Source: Vicugna vicugna (Eukaryota). From it: 64,000 nt of DNA. The notes under the pieces were generated by a model, which did no database searches, was not told where the DNA came from, and worked only from the letters and a program-made list of their open reading frames with translations. The stretch is from contig MU057521.1 of the NCBI GenBank assembly GCA_013265495.1, positions 1,190,335-1,254,334 of the forward strand, in the 5' to 3' direction. Shown piece by piece: positions 26,701-38,240 of this stretch (positions are counted from its first letter, which is position 1; the number at the start of each line of letters is the position of its first letter). A program made the position numbers and the translations under genes.

Positions 26701-28265
26701 CCATTTTTAATTTCTCCAGCAAACTCAATTACAATAAGGATCAGCAATTCTTTTTCCTAAGAAATAAATAACAGGACACAGCCTTGGCTATTTTGATACT
26801 CTTTTCCTAAGATCCAGGATTTTTTTTCATACTTTTCTTCAATATACAGCATACACACACACAAAATTTAGGATTCAAACATTAGGAGCTAATAATGTTC
26901 TGTAAAAAACATTTTGAATTCTTAGTATGAGCAACGTCAAAAAAAATCTACCAAGAACAAAACAAAAAACCTAAAGCCACATTCAAATGAAAATTTTAGT
27001 ATACTGAGCCTAGGTAAACTGAAATTACAGCCTACATTTAACTGTTGGCATACACTTACATGTAAACCAATAACCTGACCAAGGGTTATATAAGAATGCT
27101 CTATTTTTATTTTTCCACAGAGCTAAAGGAGATACTTTACTGCTTCAAAGTAATATAACTGACCTGATAGCATAATTATTGCTACCACTATTTTGGTGCT
27201 TAAAAGAAGCTATGAACAAAGAAATCTAAAACCTGCAGAAGTGGCAATTTATGCGTGAAGAAAACAGAAGCTCTTAGGAACGGCATTTTAATACTATTGA
27301 CTAGAAACTAACATCCTCTTTGCCACTTCCAGTTGTAATCAAGGAATGACAAAACAACATAAAAGATAATCGTTGAACTTCCGAACTTAGTATACTGCGC
27401 TAACCTGTGATAAAGCATATCAAAACTGTCCAAAGCATCCACGTTTTAAAATAATTAAGTTCTACAGTCAGTACCTTGAGTCCAACCTAAATGGACAAGT
27501 TAGAAAAGTTTCAAGGCATAGTGGAGAAAGAATGGCTTTGGACATAAAAATGATTTCAGTTTCTTTGAATAGTTATCGGTGGTGTTGAGTTGACTGGGTC
27601 ACTGAATGTCTCGAGGCTGAGTTTTCTTCTCTCTCCACTGAAGGGCTGCATTTGATATTTTGAAGGGTCCCCTTTGTGCAAGTTGTGTATTAAATCCTTA
27701 ATGCTTACTGAGTTGCTAGTCGAGGCTATCAGAGTATTCCTACGTCCAAGTAAAACCCCAACCTCTTTGTTCACTTTCCATTTACTCTCTCCATCTTTCA
27801 CACCCTACCCCACCCCATCTCGCCCCGCCCTTTCTACTACTAAGTCGGTGGCGAAAAGGCGCTCTCCCAGGCCTCCAGGGCAAGCAGGCACTTGGCTGGG
27901 AAGGCAAGGAAGAGACAGCAAGCCACATTCTGACTAGTGCCCTAAGCACCTGCTACACGTGCAGAGAAAATGTCACCAGTCGGCAGCATACAGCAAGAAA
28001 AAGTGAAGCGTGCTAAGGTAAAGTGAAGCAGAGCGTCAGCGGCATGAAACCAGTTTGGGGGCCACCGCATCCCTCCGCACTAGTCCCCGGACTTTACCTG
28101 GGCCTATCAGGTGAGGCCGGATCTCAGGAATGAGGCCTCCTCAGCGTGAAGGCGGGACCCAGCTCTAGGGCAGAGCTCCCTTCTGCCCACGAAGGACAGC
28201 CAAAAGAATGCTCCTAAGCCACCGTCATAATCACCCCTCAATCGCGTAACGCCCCTGATTCTTAC

Positions 28266-28320
28266 CTGGCCAGCAGCTGGTCTCGCGAGAAGTCTTGGGT
28301 CAGTCCTCCGTAACACCAGT
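28266..28320 (-). other. PIGN: Probable non-coding first exon of PIGN (5' end uncertain); donor CAG|GTAAGA at 28265, second possible donor CAG|GTAAAG at 28097
   Basis: Two strong minus-strand donors on the PIGN side of the CpG island. The first coding exon has an acceptor, so an upstream exon must exist. The TSS cannot be placed from sequence. Confidence 0.55.
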
Positions 28321-28629
28321 CCCCGCCCCCAACCTTCTTTGGCCAATCAAATGGGCAGGGGGCGGTGTCTTGCCTTTGAGCGAGGAGCAGGGCCCTCAAT
28401 CTTCGCACACTGGTGTGCAAAGGCTGGTGCAGCTGCGGCTGAGGCAGCGGGTTCAGCCGCGTCCGGACTGTTTGCCTCGGAGTCTGGGGCCTGGTCTCCA
28501 AGTGAGGAGGCGGGACGTGGCCAGGCCGGGGCTTTGGAGGTGCACAGTGCCCATTGAGGCTTAGCGGGGATTCAAGCTGCGGCCTGTCAGAGCCAGACAG
28601 GGAGGCGCCCACACTCCTGACAGTATAAG

Positions 28630-29146
28630 ATGGCGGCGATGGCGCCTGGAGGTGGCGGCGGCGGCGTGAATCCTTTCCTCAGCGATTCGGATGAGGACGA
28701 CGACGAGGTTTCAGCGACCGAGGAGCGGCGGGCAGGGCTTCGGCTCGGTTCCGGGGGCGGTCTAGATCCTGGCTCTGCGGACTCGCTATCGCCCCAGGAT
28801 CCCGTGGCCTTAGGGAGCAGTGCACGACCAGGGCTCCCTGGGGAGGCGGCGGCGGCGATGTCACTGGGGGGCACCGGGGAGACCCCGGCGCGATTGTCAA
28901 TCGATGCGATCGCGGCTCAGCTGTTGCGCGATCAATACTTACTGACCGCCCTGGAGCTGCACACCGAGCTGTTAGAGAGCGGCCGCGAGCTGCCTCGGCT
29001 GCGTGACTACTTCTCCAATCCTGGCAACTTCGAGAGGCAGAGTGGGACCCCGCCGGGGATGGGGGCACCTGGGATCCCTGGAGCAGTCGGCGTTGGAGGC
29101 GCAGGAGGTCGAGAACCAAGTACGACGTCGGGTGGGGGACAGCTCA
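28630..29146 (+). CDS. RELCH: RELCH (RAB11-binding, LisH, coiled-coil and HEAT repeat protein; KIAA1468) coding exon 1 (517 nt)
   Basis: MAAMAPGGGGGGVNPFLSDSDEDDDEV...SIDAIAAQLLRDQYLLTALELHTELLESGRELPRLRDYFSNPGNFERQ...GGGQL matches the RELCH N-terminus as recalled; good Kozak aagATGG; donor TCA|GTAAGT; known head-to-head synteny with PIGN. Confidence 0.96.
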
Positions 29147-31239
29147 GTAAGTGAATGCAGCCTGTCACTCCGGCAGGACTGTTTGGGTTGTAAGAAGTTA
29201 TTGTGGGGGAAGGGGTACTTCTGGGTAGGTACTGGGCGGGTATTAGGAACGTTTCAGAGAGGGTAAGTTGGGGCGGGGGGTGGGGGTGGTCTTTTGCGGC
29301 AGAAGCAAAAGGATCTGGCAGTGAGTGTTTTCTCCTTGCCTGCCTCCAACTCTTGGCTGGACTTGGCATCTGCTCCTGGCTCTCCTATTGGTATCTATCT
29401 ATTCAATATCCAGAGTTTCTAGTTCACTGGCTATTACGTGACTCCAAAAGGACTCCCTTGCAACCTGGTTTATCGCTTTAATAATTTTTCCATTTTCGAC
29501 ACACTCAAATCACCGCTACAAGGAACCTATGTCTCTTAAATTGTTCGCAGTAATTATTTGACTCAAAGAGAGAAAAGAATAGGAAATGTTCCTCTCTCTG
29601 CAAAGTCTGATCCACTTTAAGACACTGCTTTTGAGATGACTTGCTCACTCAAAAATTGGCTTTTCTGCTGCATAAAATTTGTTTTTGTTTAAGTGAACTC
29701 AATGTAATTCACTTTCGGTTACCTTAATTCAGTAGATTTCCAGAATTATAGGAAGTCTAAGGAACCGGACAGGCAGGTTCTACCTGCAGGGTAGCTTGTG
29801 GTCCCACCACCTCACAGGCTTTTTTCTCTGCATAGGTTAGAAAGTTTCTTTTTTACCTAGTTATAATCATTTCCAGCAGTATAGAGTAACCGTTTACCTC
29901 ATTCATCATATATTTGTAAGTATTTTTTATGGCTCTAAAATGTATTATCAAGCATGTATACCGGGCTCCCAGTATCCACCTTTTGAAAGACATCTTCGAT
30001 TACCCGTGGTAATAAGATGTTTTAGTGTGTTATGTGAGGCCAACTGGAATTTACTAACGAATGTTAAATATACAATTTAAAAATTGTAGCCTAATTGATT
30101 ATTTTTTGTCTATACTTTTGAATGGTGCCAGAGACTTCTGTTGCCTAGCTTAGATGTAGTGAACGTGCAAAGAGTGCATTTTCCAATCAAGGTAAATTAT
30201 AAGCAGATTTCTCTTGAATATGGAATTTTCTCAGCAGGTGTAATTTGCTTAATATTATGGGATAATCTTCCTTTTTAGGTAAAGATGTTTTCATGCTAAC
30301 CTTTAAGACTATAAAGTGTAACAAAGAGCAGAGTCACAAAATTGTTAGGTAGTTGGGCATGTTTTGTTTGCTTTAAGATTCCTGAACTAATAATGATTTT
30401 TACCTGATAAGCTAATAAGCCCTTAGTACTTCCTCAAGACCCAGATCAGATGTCATCTTTGTAAGTGTTTCCCACACTCCCCAGGCTTAGCTGTTTGATT
30501 CTTTCATTGTACTACTTTCAAACCTCAGCCATAGCCTCTAACTCCAATGAATCTGATTTGCTAACAATATCATTTTTCTCCACTAGATAGTCAATTCTTG
30601 AGGGACATCTTCATATTCCTCACACTTTGTACAGTTCCTGGCCTGTTGTTGAACAGAACTAAATTGCATCTGTTATGTTTTTCTAATGTGCTAATGAAAT
30701 GAATTATTCCTTACTTCATAACCTGTTTAAAAGAATTTCTGAATCTTTTTAGCCTACCTTATTGTGGCTTGACATCACTGTTTTGTGAAAATTTCTCTTA
30801 AAAACTTTTTGTATAGTAATAGTTATATTTGTAATTTAGACTTTAAATATTATAGCAGTGTTTTAGAGTAATGCTTTTGCATTACACGTTTTTATAGTTT
30901 CTTTAAATAATTTCAGTCCTGTGATAAAAAATCACAATTTAAGTATAATCAAATATCCATATGTACTTATACTTCTCTATTCTAATTATTTGGAGTTGTT
31001 TTAGGTATAACTTAAAAATATATTATTATGTAATATATATATCATATGTATTTCATATAATATATTTTCAAGTTACTATAAAACAAATGAGCAGTAGGAA
31101 AAAAATCAAAATTATCCATAATCCAACCAGTGGTATTTGCCTTTTCTGTGTTTTCTATGCATGTATTTTAAAAAGCAAAATTTGGACTAAATTATTTTAT
31201 ACAGCTTTATATTATTTGATAGGCACTATAATTTTTACC

Positions 31240-32485
31240 ATTAACTTTGAAGTAAAATTACATACAATAAAATGCACCCATTTCAAGTGTACAGTGTAAT
31301 GAGTTTTGGAAAACTAACATCTACCACAAATAAAATATAGAACATTTTTATTGTCCCAGAGCGCCTTCATTTTCCTTTGCATTCAATATCCCTAGACCGT
31401 CACTAATCACCATAGAACAGGATTTTCCAATCTGGGCCTGGGCACTATTGAGCTCTTGGGCCTGATAATTCTTTGTTGTGGCTACTGCCCTGTGCCTTCT
31501 AGAATGTTTAACAGCATCTCGGCCTCTCTGTACAGTAGATACCAGTAGCAGCCACCCCGACCCCATCCCCCAAGTTATGACAGTTAAAAACTGTCTCCAG
31601 AATTTTCCAAGGAAGAGGAGGGCATTACTTCCCCAATTGAGAACCACTTCTATAGACAAGTTTTGCCTTTTTAAAAATTTAATATAAATGCATTTGCAGA
31701 GCATGTAGCCTTTCCTACATTCCTTTTTTGGTTTATTCATCTGATGTTAGACATTTGTATTTTTTCCCAGTTTTGGCTTTTATTTATAAAGCTTCCCTGA
31801 ACATGCTTATACAAATTTTGCATGGATATATGTTTTCATTTCTTTTGGGTAGTACCTAGGAATAGAATTGCTGGGTCATATAATCAGTACATATTTAAAT
31901 TTATAAGAAACTGTCAAAGCTTTTTCAGAAGTAGTTGTTTCATTTAAAATTTCCATTATTAGTGTATGAGAGTTTCAGTTTCTGTACATCCCCCAAATAC
32001 TTGGTATTTTCAGACTTTTTATTTAATTTATTCTAGTGAGAGTGTTGTGGTATCGCGTTGTGAGATTTCTCGAGGACTAGTGATGCTGAATTCTTCTGAG
32101 CTTTTTGCCATTAGGATGTGTATGTGTGTTGCCATTAGTGTATCTTTTGTGAAACTTCTGTTCATATCTTTTTATTGAGTTGTAGTTCTTTATATATTGT
32201 GAATCCAAGTCCTGTATCAAAGAGGTGTTTTGCGAATTTTTACTCCTAGTATGGTTTGCCTTTTCATTTTTTAATGGTGTGTCATATGAACAGAGATTTT
32301 TAATTTCATCAAATACTGGATGAATCAGGTTTTTCTTCTTAATGATTTGGAAGAAAATCATTACGTACTCTTTTTGTCCTAAATAAGAAATATTTGCCTG
32401 TTTTAAGGTTGTAAAAATTTTCTCCTATATTTTCTTCTAGAAGTTTTATTTATAATTTTAACTTTTAAATTCAGGACTGTGATGG
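31240..32485 (-). mobile_element. Old L1 (L1MC/MD-like) 3' region split by MER20
   Basis: catacaataaaatgcacccatttcaagtgtacag...tacctaggaatagaattgctgggtcata. Confidence 0.75.
31417..31649 (-). mobile_element. MER20 (hAT-Charlie DNA transposon) nested in an L1
   Basis: ggcactattga...ataattctttgttgtgg...gtttaacagcatctcggcctct...aaaaactgtctccaga...ttgagaaccact matches the MER20 consensus as recalled; flanks ccatagaa / ctatagac resemble an 8-bp TSD. Confidence 0.88.
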
Positions 32486-35364
32486 CAGGACTGCATTTTA
32501 ATAAAGGTATCATAAAAAGAAATATTTCTTAAATATTCCTCTTATAAGTTTGCAGACATTCATAGCACAAACTTTAGTATAGTTTAAATGCAAATGCATT
32601 GTATATGTCAAAATATCAATGCATTTAAATATCTTAACAGTGTCAGAAAATAGATAAAAGCTAAAGTAAGTCTGTAAAACTGTGGTTAGTACCATGTTTT
32701 GAAGATTTTTGACTAAGCTCCTGAACACACAAATGATGTTTTAGGGATTCTAAGGATGAATCTTTCTCTGGGACCCGACTACTGCCTGTTTTAAAGGTCC
32801 TTTGTATTCAATTCCATTGTTGCTAATTTGGGTATGACTTTATGATACTAAATAAGTATTTTTGGTTGATAAAACAACATAAAGATTGATAGTATGGATT
32901 ATCTAAAACATTACATTATTTTTATTTGTTTTTATGTATTTTTGATTGACGTGTGTCTGATCTGAAAATTCATAATACCTCAAAATAATAAATATTATAA
33001 TCAAAAGTAGTTTTCTTTATTTAATGATGTCCAAAAACAATTTAATTTTGCAAGATTTACTGAATTGTTTACCTAAAAGTCTGTTGGACCTAGTTTAATA
33101 CTAATATAGTGGTCTTTTTAAAATAGTTTAAGGAGGCTTCATGATATATTTCATCTTTTTTTCTTAACTAGTGGAATAATCCATATTTATAAAATATTCA
33201 AATATCAAAAGAATTATAGCTTTATAAATTTGATATTTTCAGTAGAAGAATTTCTATTAACTGAATAAAATGAGCTCTAAGGGAGTCTTGATTTTTGATA
33301 AATTGTTTTAACACTGTTGCAGTGTTCAGGCTAGATCTACTTGATAAACTAATTTGATCTTACATTTAATATTACTTGCTGAATACATGTTATTTGTATA
33401 TTTTTCTCCTGTACTTTTGCCAGTTGAGCCAGTTTGGTAATTGTTTTGCTTTCTATTTAGACTGCAAGACAAAAGTTGTACCAATGCCATTGATTAACAC
33501 TGAGCAGATTATAGTATTTTAGCTAGAGGATTGCTGGTTCCACCCTAAGTGTTAGAGCTATAATCAAAATTGAACTCTAATTGTTTAGTATGAGCCTGTT
33601 CTTTGTGCAGTAGAGACAGTAGGTGGTCTCATGGGGAGAACAAGTAACTTACCCCTTTCAGTAATGAACTTCTTTTATTCTGTATTTATCATGCCTTCAG
33701 AGTTTTATAAGGCAACTTATCAGGAGGCAGTCATTTCTGATTAAATTTAATAATTTTACTTGTGAGCCTACAGATTTCTTGAGTCATCGTTCTCCTTTTT
33801 AAAATTTTCTATTATCTTACCTATCTTTTCTCAGAACTTTCAAAGAGTACATACCTCACTGTGCTCAGTATTCCTTGCCTAGTATTACCAAATGCTGAGA
33901 TGTCATGATTACAATCTCCCAAAGTTCCCATCTCTTCTACTTTACAAAGTAGTTCCCCCCATTAGATTGGAATTGGGTTTAGTGCTTCCTCTGGCTGCTA
34001 ACAAGAAAATGTCAACAGAATATTTCTAAAGTTTATTCAGTTCACTGCTTTTGGCCGAATAAGACTTTCCACTATTATCTGGATCATATACATTCCTAAA
34101 TTTATCTCTTGCATGACTGTCTTTTTTTTTTTTTTTTTTTGCCTATGCCTTTCAGTAGCTTTGAACTTATTAATTCTTGTGGAAATGTAGTCAGATGTTT
34201 TCATTGCTTTAAACAGTGATTTGAGTATAGTTAGTATTAAATATTTTACATTGATTAATACATTTATTAAATTGTGTGATCAACTAAGGATTGTAGGGAT
34301 CCAAAAGAAGTTTAGTGCATGTCCTTGAGTTTATGTTCTTGATGGAGAGGCAAGACTAACACATGAAAGACCTATAGAATAGTCCTCTCTGGTACAGGTA
34401 ATAGTGTAGACATTTAGTTATGGAAAAATCATTGTTGATTGTGATCCTAATGAAATGGCTCTTCTGGAGAAAGTAAAATTTTAATTTGATGCTCAAGGAT
34501 GGGTGAAATTTTGAATAAGTAGTAACTTTATTATTTGGCCATATTTAGACTCTTCATCCTGAGTGAGGAAAAGGAAGTGAGGGTAAAAAGAAGATATTAT
34601 TTATTTTATATTCTGCCTTGTTTAAAACATTGTCTCAGAACATGCTTACCATTATCTGGCTCACCAATTAATAAAAGGGTTGCATTTGGGTTTTTTTGTG
34701 TGAAAATACAGTATGACTTTCAGACCATTGTGGTACACAGTTTAAAAGGAAATGAGATAGGGGTATTAATCAGGGAAAACAGACCTTACTGCTGTCAAAA
34801 ATTTAAATTACACTTTCTGCTTTTTCAAACAAGACAGTTAGAGATGATGTTCAGAGTGAGTATTTGTTTGCTTGGGGAAAAAAACCTTCCAGAATTGATG
34901 TAATTTTCGTTTCGTATAGTATTTTTAGGTCAAAAACTGAAATTGGTTACTTTGTTTTTATATAGTGGCTTTTAACTGTGTCCACTCCTTAACTCCCCTG
35001 GTTTTAGAATGATTGACTGAAAAAGAATACTTACCTTGATCTAAAAATACAGCCTATTTATATTTAAGTTACAAATATTGGTTGAGAAAGGTCTTAAATA
35101 TTAATAGCCTATTTTTTTCTTTTAGGTAGTTGTTTTTATTGGCTTCTTCCTATAAGTGCTGTGAGATTTGATGATAAAATGTGGTTTCTAAATTATTTAT
35201 ACTAAAAGCATACTTGGTAGTTGAGTAAGTGGTATTTAGCTATTTGGTCATGTTTTGAATGCAGTGCCTCTTTGGTTGACTTTTTTGGGGGAATTTGCAT
35301 TAGTTTAGGATTGCTCTACTTTAACTCCCTCATGTGAGTGTTTGTTTCAATAGTACAGTTAATT

Positions 35365-35638
35365 TTTTTTTGAGATCTAATTGACATATGACATTAGTTT
35401 TAGGTGTCCAACATAATGATTTGATGTATGTCTGTATTGTGAAATGATTACCACAATGAGATTAGTTAGCTTCCATCACCACACATAGCTAGGGTTTTTT
35501 TTCCTCTGTAATGAGAACTTTTAAGATCTACTCTCTGAGCAACTTTCAAATCCATAATACTGTATTGTCAACTGTGGTCACCATGCTGTACCTTCCATGT
35601 CCAGCCCTTATTTATCTTATAAATAGAAGTTTGTACCT
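35365..35638 (-). mobile_element. L1MA-like 3' end
   Basis: atgagaacttttaagatctactctctgagcaactttcaaat...tatcttataaatagaagtttgtacc is a typical L1MA 3' terminus, with a T tail. Confidence 0.8.
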
Positions 35639-36589
35639 GCAATTAATTTGTAAGGTGATTGCTGGCCCCATTTCACTGAATCATGGGACACTGATGATTC
35701 TAATTACACGTATGCATATAATTTCTACAAACTAAGGAAATCTGCACAGGAAAATCTGAACAAGTTGAGTGTAAATTGTTCACCTTAAAAATAGACTCTT
35801 CAGATTTCTGAGAAATGAATACCTGATATAACTGAATTCAGCAATGGTATTTACTAAGATTGCGCAAACTATAACACTTAACTACAACGGGGTGAAGATG
35901 AATGTTCTAAAGCTGATATATTTGGGTTATAGCAAGATAAATGACAGATCTCTCACATTGGTATAAATAAAATAGAGAAATATGGGTTTGGTAAAAGAGT
36001 AGCTGTGGAAAGACGTGTGATAAAACAACAGTAGGTCTGTGCCAGTCTACACCATCTACACTTTTAAACATGGCGTATTTTTTGAAGACCACCTCACTTG
36101 TAGTACTGATGTCTGATCTTTAGTTCTGCTTCTGCCACGTACAGCTCTGTTATCTTGGGTGTATCATTTAACCTTTTTGAACCTTCTTGTTCTGTGTAAA
36201 GCACAGTAATCATTCTGTCCACTGCTAGTCATAGGGTTTTAAGGAAGTTCACATGAGAGTATATATGTGAAAGGGCTTCAAAAACTTGTTTTATAGTGAC
36301 TTCTTTCTTTTATAAGAAAAAACATATGAAGCAAGGAGAGAAGACTAGATCAGATTTGCTGATGATAGAAGATGGAGGAAGATAGGTGATGTCTGACAGT
36401 ACTAATTCATAGGATTCAACAGGACTAGCAGATATATGGTGTCCTAATTAAAACAACAAGTTAAAAAGCATACTGGTAGTATCTGTGCTTGAAATTCGTA
36501 AGAAAACCTGATAGCATTTCTATTTGAGTAGCCACCATAAATTAGATCAAAGAGGTCTGCTAATTTTAAGGGAAAAAGCTGTATACACA

Positions 36590-36810
36590 ATGAGTTAAGA
36601 GTACAAAGTTTGGAGTCAGATTACCTGGCTTGGATCCTATTTCTGCCACTTTTTTTTTTAAACCCTTGTGACTTTGAACAAGTTACTTAATCTCTCTATG
36701 CCTCAGTTTCTTATCTAAAAACGGGATAACAGAACCTCTTTGAGCTGTTGTGAGAGTCAGCCGAGTTAATATTTATTGTCATTGGCAGTAAGTCTATATA
36801 AGTGTAAAAT
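36590..36810 (+). mobile_element. MIR SINE
   Basis: tttggagtcaga...caagttacttaatctctctatgcctcagtttcttatctaaaaacggggata-type core. Confidence 0.78.
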
Positions 36811-37129
36811 AAATTATTAAAAGGCAAACATTGGATTTAGGATTTCGTAATGGTTCATTAAAATGTCAAATACAGTTAATGCATTATATTTTATGTCTGT
36901 AAAGGCATTACACCTACATTTTACAGATATTTTAAATTATATTCAACGAAGTTATTTTTAAATGTAATTTCCTTTTGTGCTCTTCTCAGGCAGTGGTTAG
37001 TTACTCAATTTTATGACTAACAGATGCGAAGAAAAGGGGATTTATCTTTTTTTGGAACTTAAATTTTCAAAGTCAGTATATGTGGCATTTACAAAATAAA
37101 TATTTCAAAAACAAAGAAGAACAGAAGTA

Positions 37130-38240
37130 GACAGATTGAACTAAGGAACAGATTACAGCCTAGTAACAAGCTCAGTGAGTCTTTAGTATAGGAAAAAGAG
37201 TCAGATCATTGAGGGAAGGGTAGACTATTCAATAAATTTGTCTCCTGGAGGGAAGTTATTTCTTTATCTCCTACCATATATGTATAATGGAACTTGAAAA
37301 CTTTTTGAAGAAAATATTAAAACATATTTATGACCTTGAAATAAGGATTTCTCAGGCATAAAAAATACAGACTTTAAAGTAAGAGATTAATATGTTTGTA
37401 TCAAAGTTAAAATTCTTGTATGCAAAAAGATAACATGAAATGAAAGACAAGCCATAGACTAGGAGAACATATTTGCCACATATATATAATAGTCAAAAAG
37501 TATTTCAAGTATAGAGTTTATATAGAATGCCTACAAATATTAAGAAAAAGGAAAATGACCTAATTAAAAATAGGCAAAAAATATAAATAGATAATTCATA
37601 AAGAAGCAAACCAATGAAAAGATACTCAGATTCACTAGTAATCAGGGAAATGCAATTCACAATACCCCACCTTTCAGCAAAAATGAAGATGTCTGACAAC
37701 ACTTCGTATTCCTGATACAGAAGAGGAAGCAGGAACTCTTGTGCTACCCAGTAAAAGTGTCAATACAACTGCTTTGAATAATATTTTGATAAAATCTAGT
37801 AAAGTTGAAGATGTGCACACCCTTCAACCCAGTTTTTCCACATAGAAGTATTTACCTGGAATTCACAAGTGTGCATAACAAGGTGTGTACAATGTTAGAA
37901 ACAATCCTCTTGGCCATATATAATGGAAAGATTAGTTATGGTATAGTCATAAAATGGAAATCTTAGCAGCCATTAATCAGATCTCAGATCTGTTGTGGAG
38001 CATTACATACAGTTCTATACCACTATGTAAATTTTCAAACACATAAAACATTACTGTATATTGTTTATAGGTAACATATATTATTACAGATATATAAACA
38101 TCAACTAGAATCACACTAAAGCCATTATTGTGTTTGCCCTCGAGGAAGGAAACATTAGATGTTATTTCTTTTTAAATTCTGAAGAATGTTAACAGTTGTT
38201 CGTATCAGGTGGCGGTTGGTTATATGGTGTTGAACTTTGC
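37130..38240 (+). mobile_element. Old L1ME-like fragment
   Basis: gatactcagattcactagtaatcagggaaatgcaa...aaatctagtaaagttgaagatgtgcacaccc. Confidence 0.65.

Larger units (their letters stand above)
28030..29160. promoter_or_regulatory. CpG island / bidirectional promoter shared by PIGN and RELCH
   Basis: Sharp GC and CpG enrichment in an otherwise AT-rich window. TCTCGCGAGA at 28281-28290, GC boxes at 28321-28330 and ~28358-28365, CCAAT at 28343-28347, YY1-type AAGATGGCGGC at 28627-28637. No TATA box seen in the core. Confidence 0.93.

Noticed and set aside
28107..29481. Several overlapping 70-146 aa ORFs on both strands of the CpG island
   Set aside because: Expected from low stop density in GC-rich DNA; most need non-ATG starts. 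Only 28630-29146 splices in frame to downstream exons.
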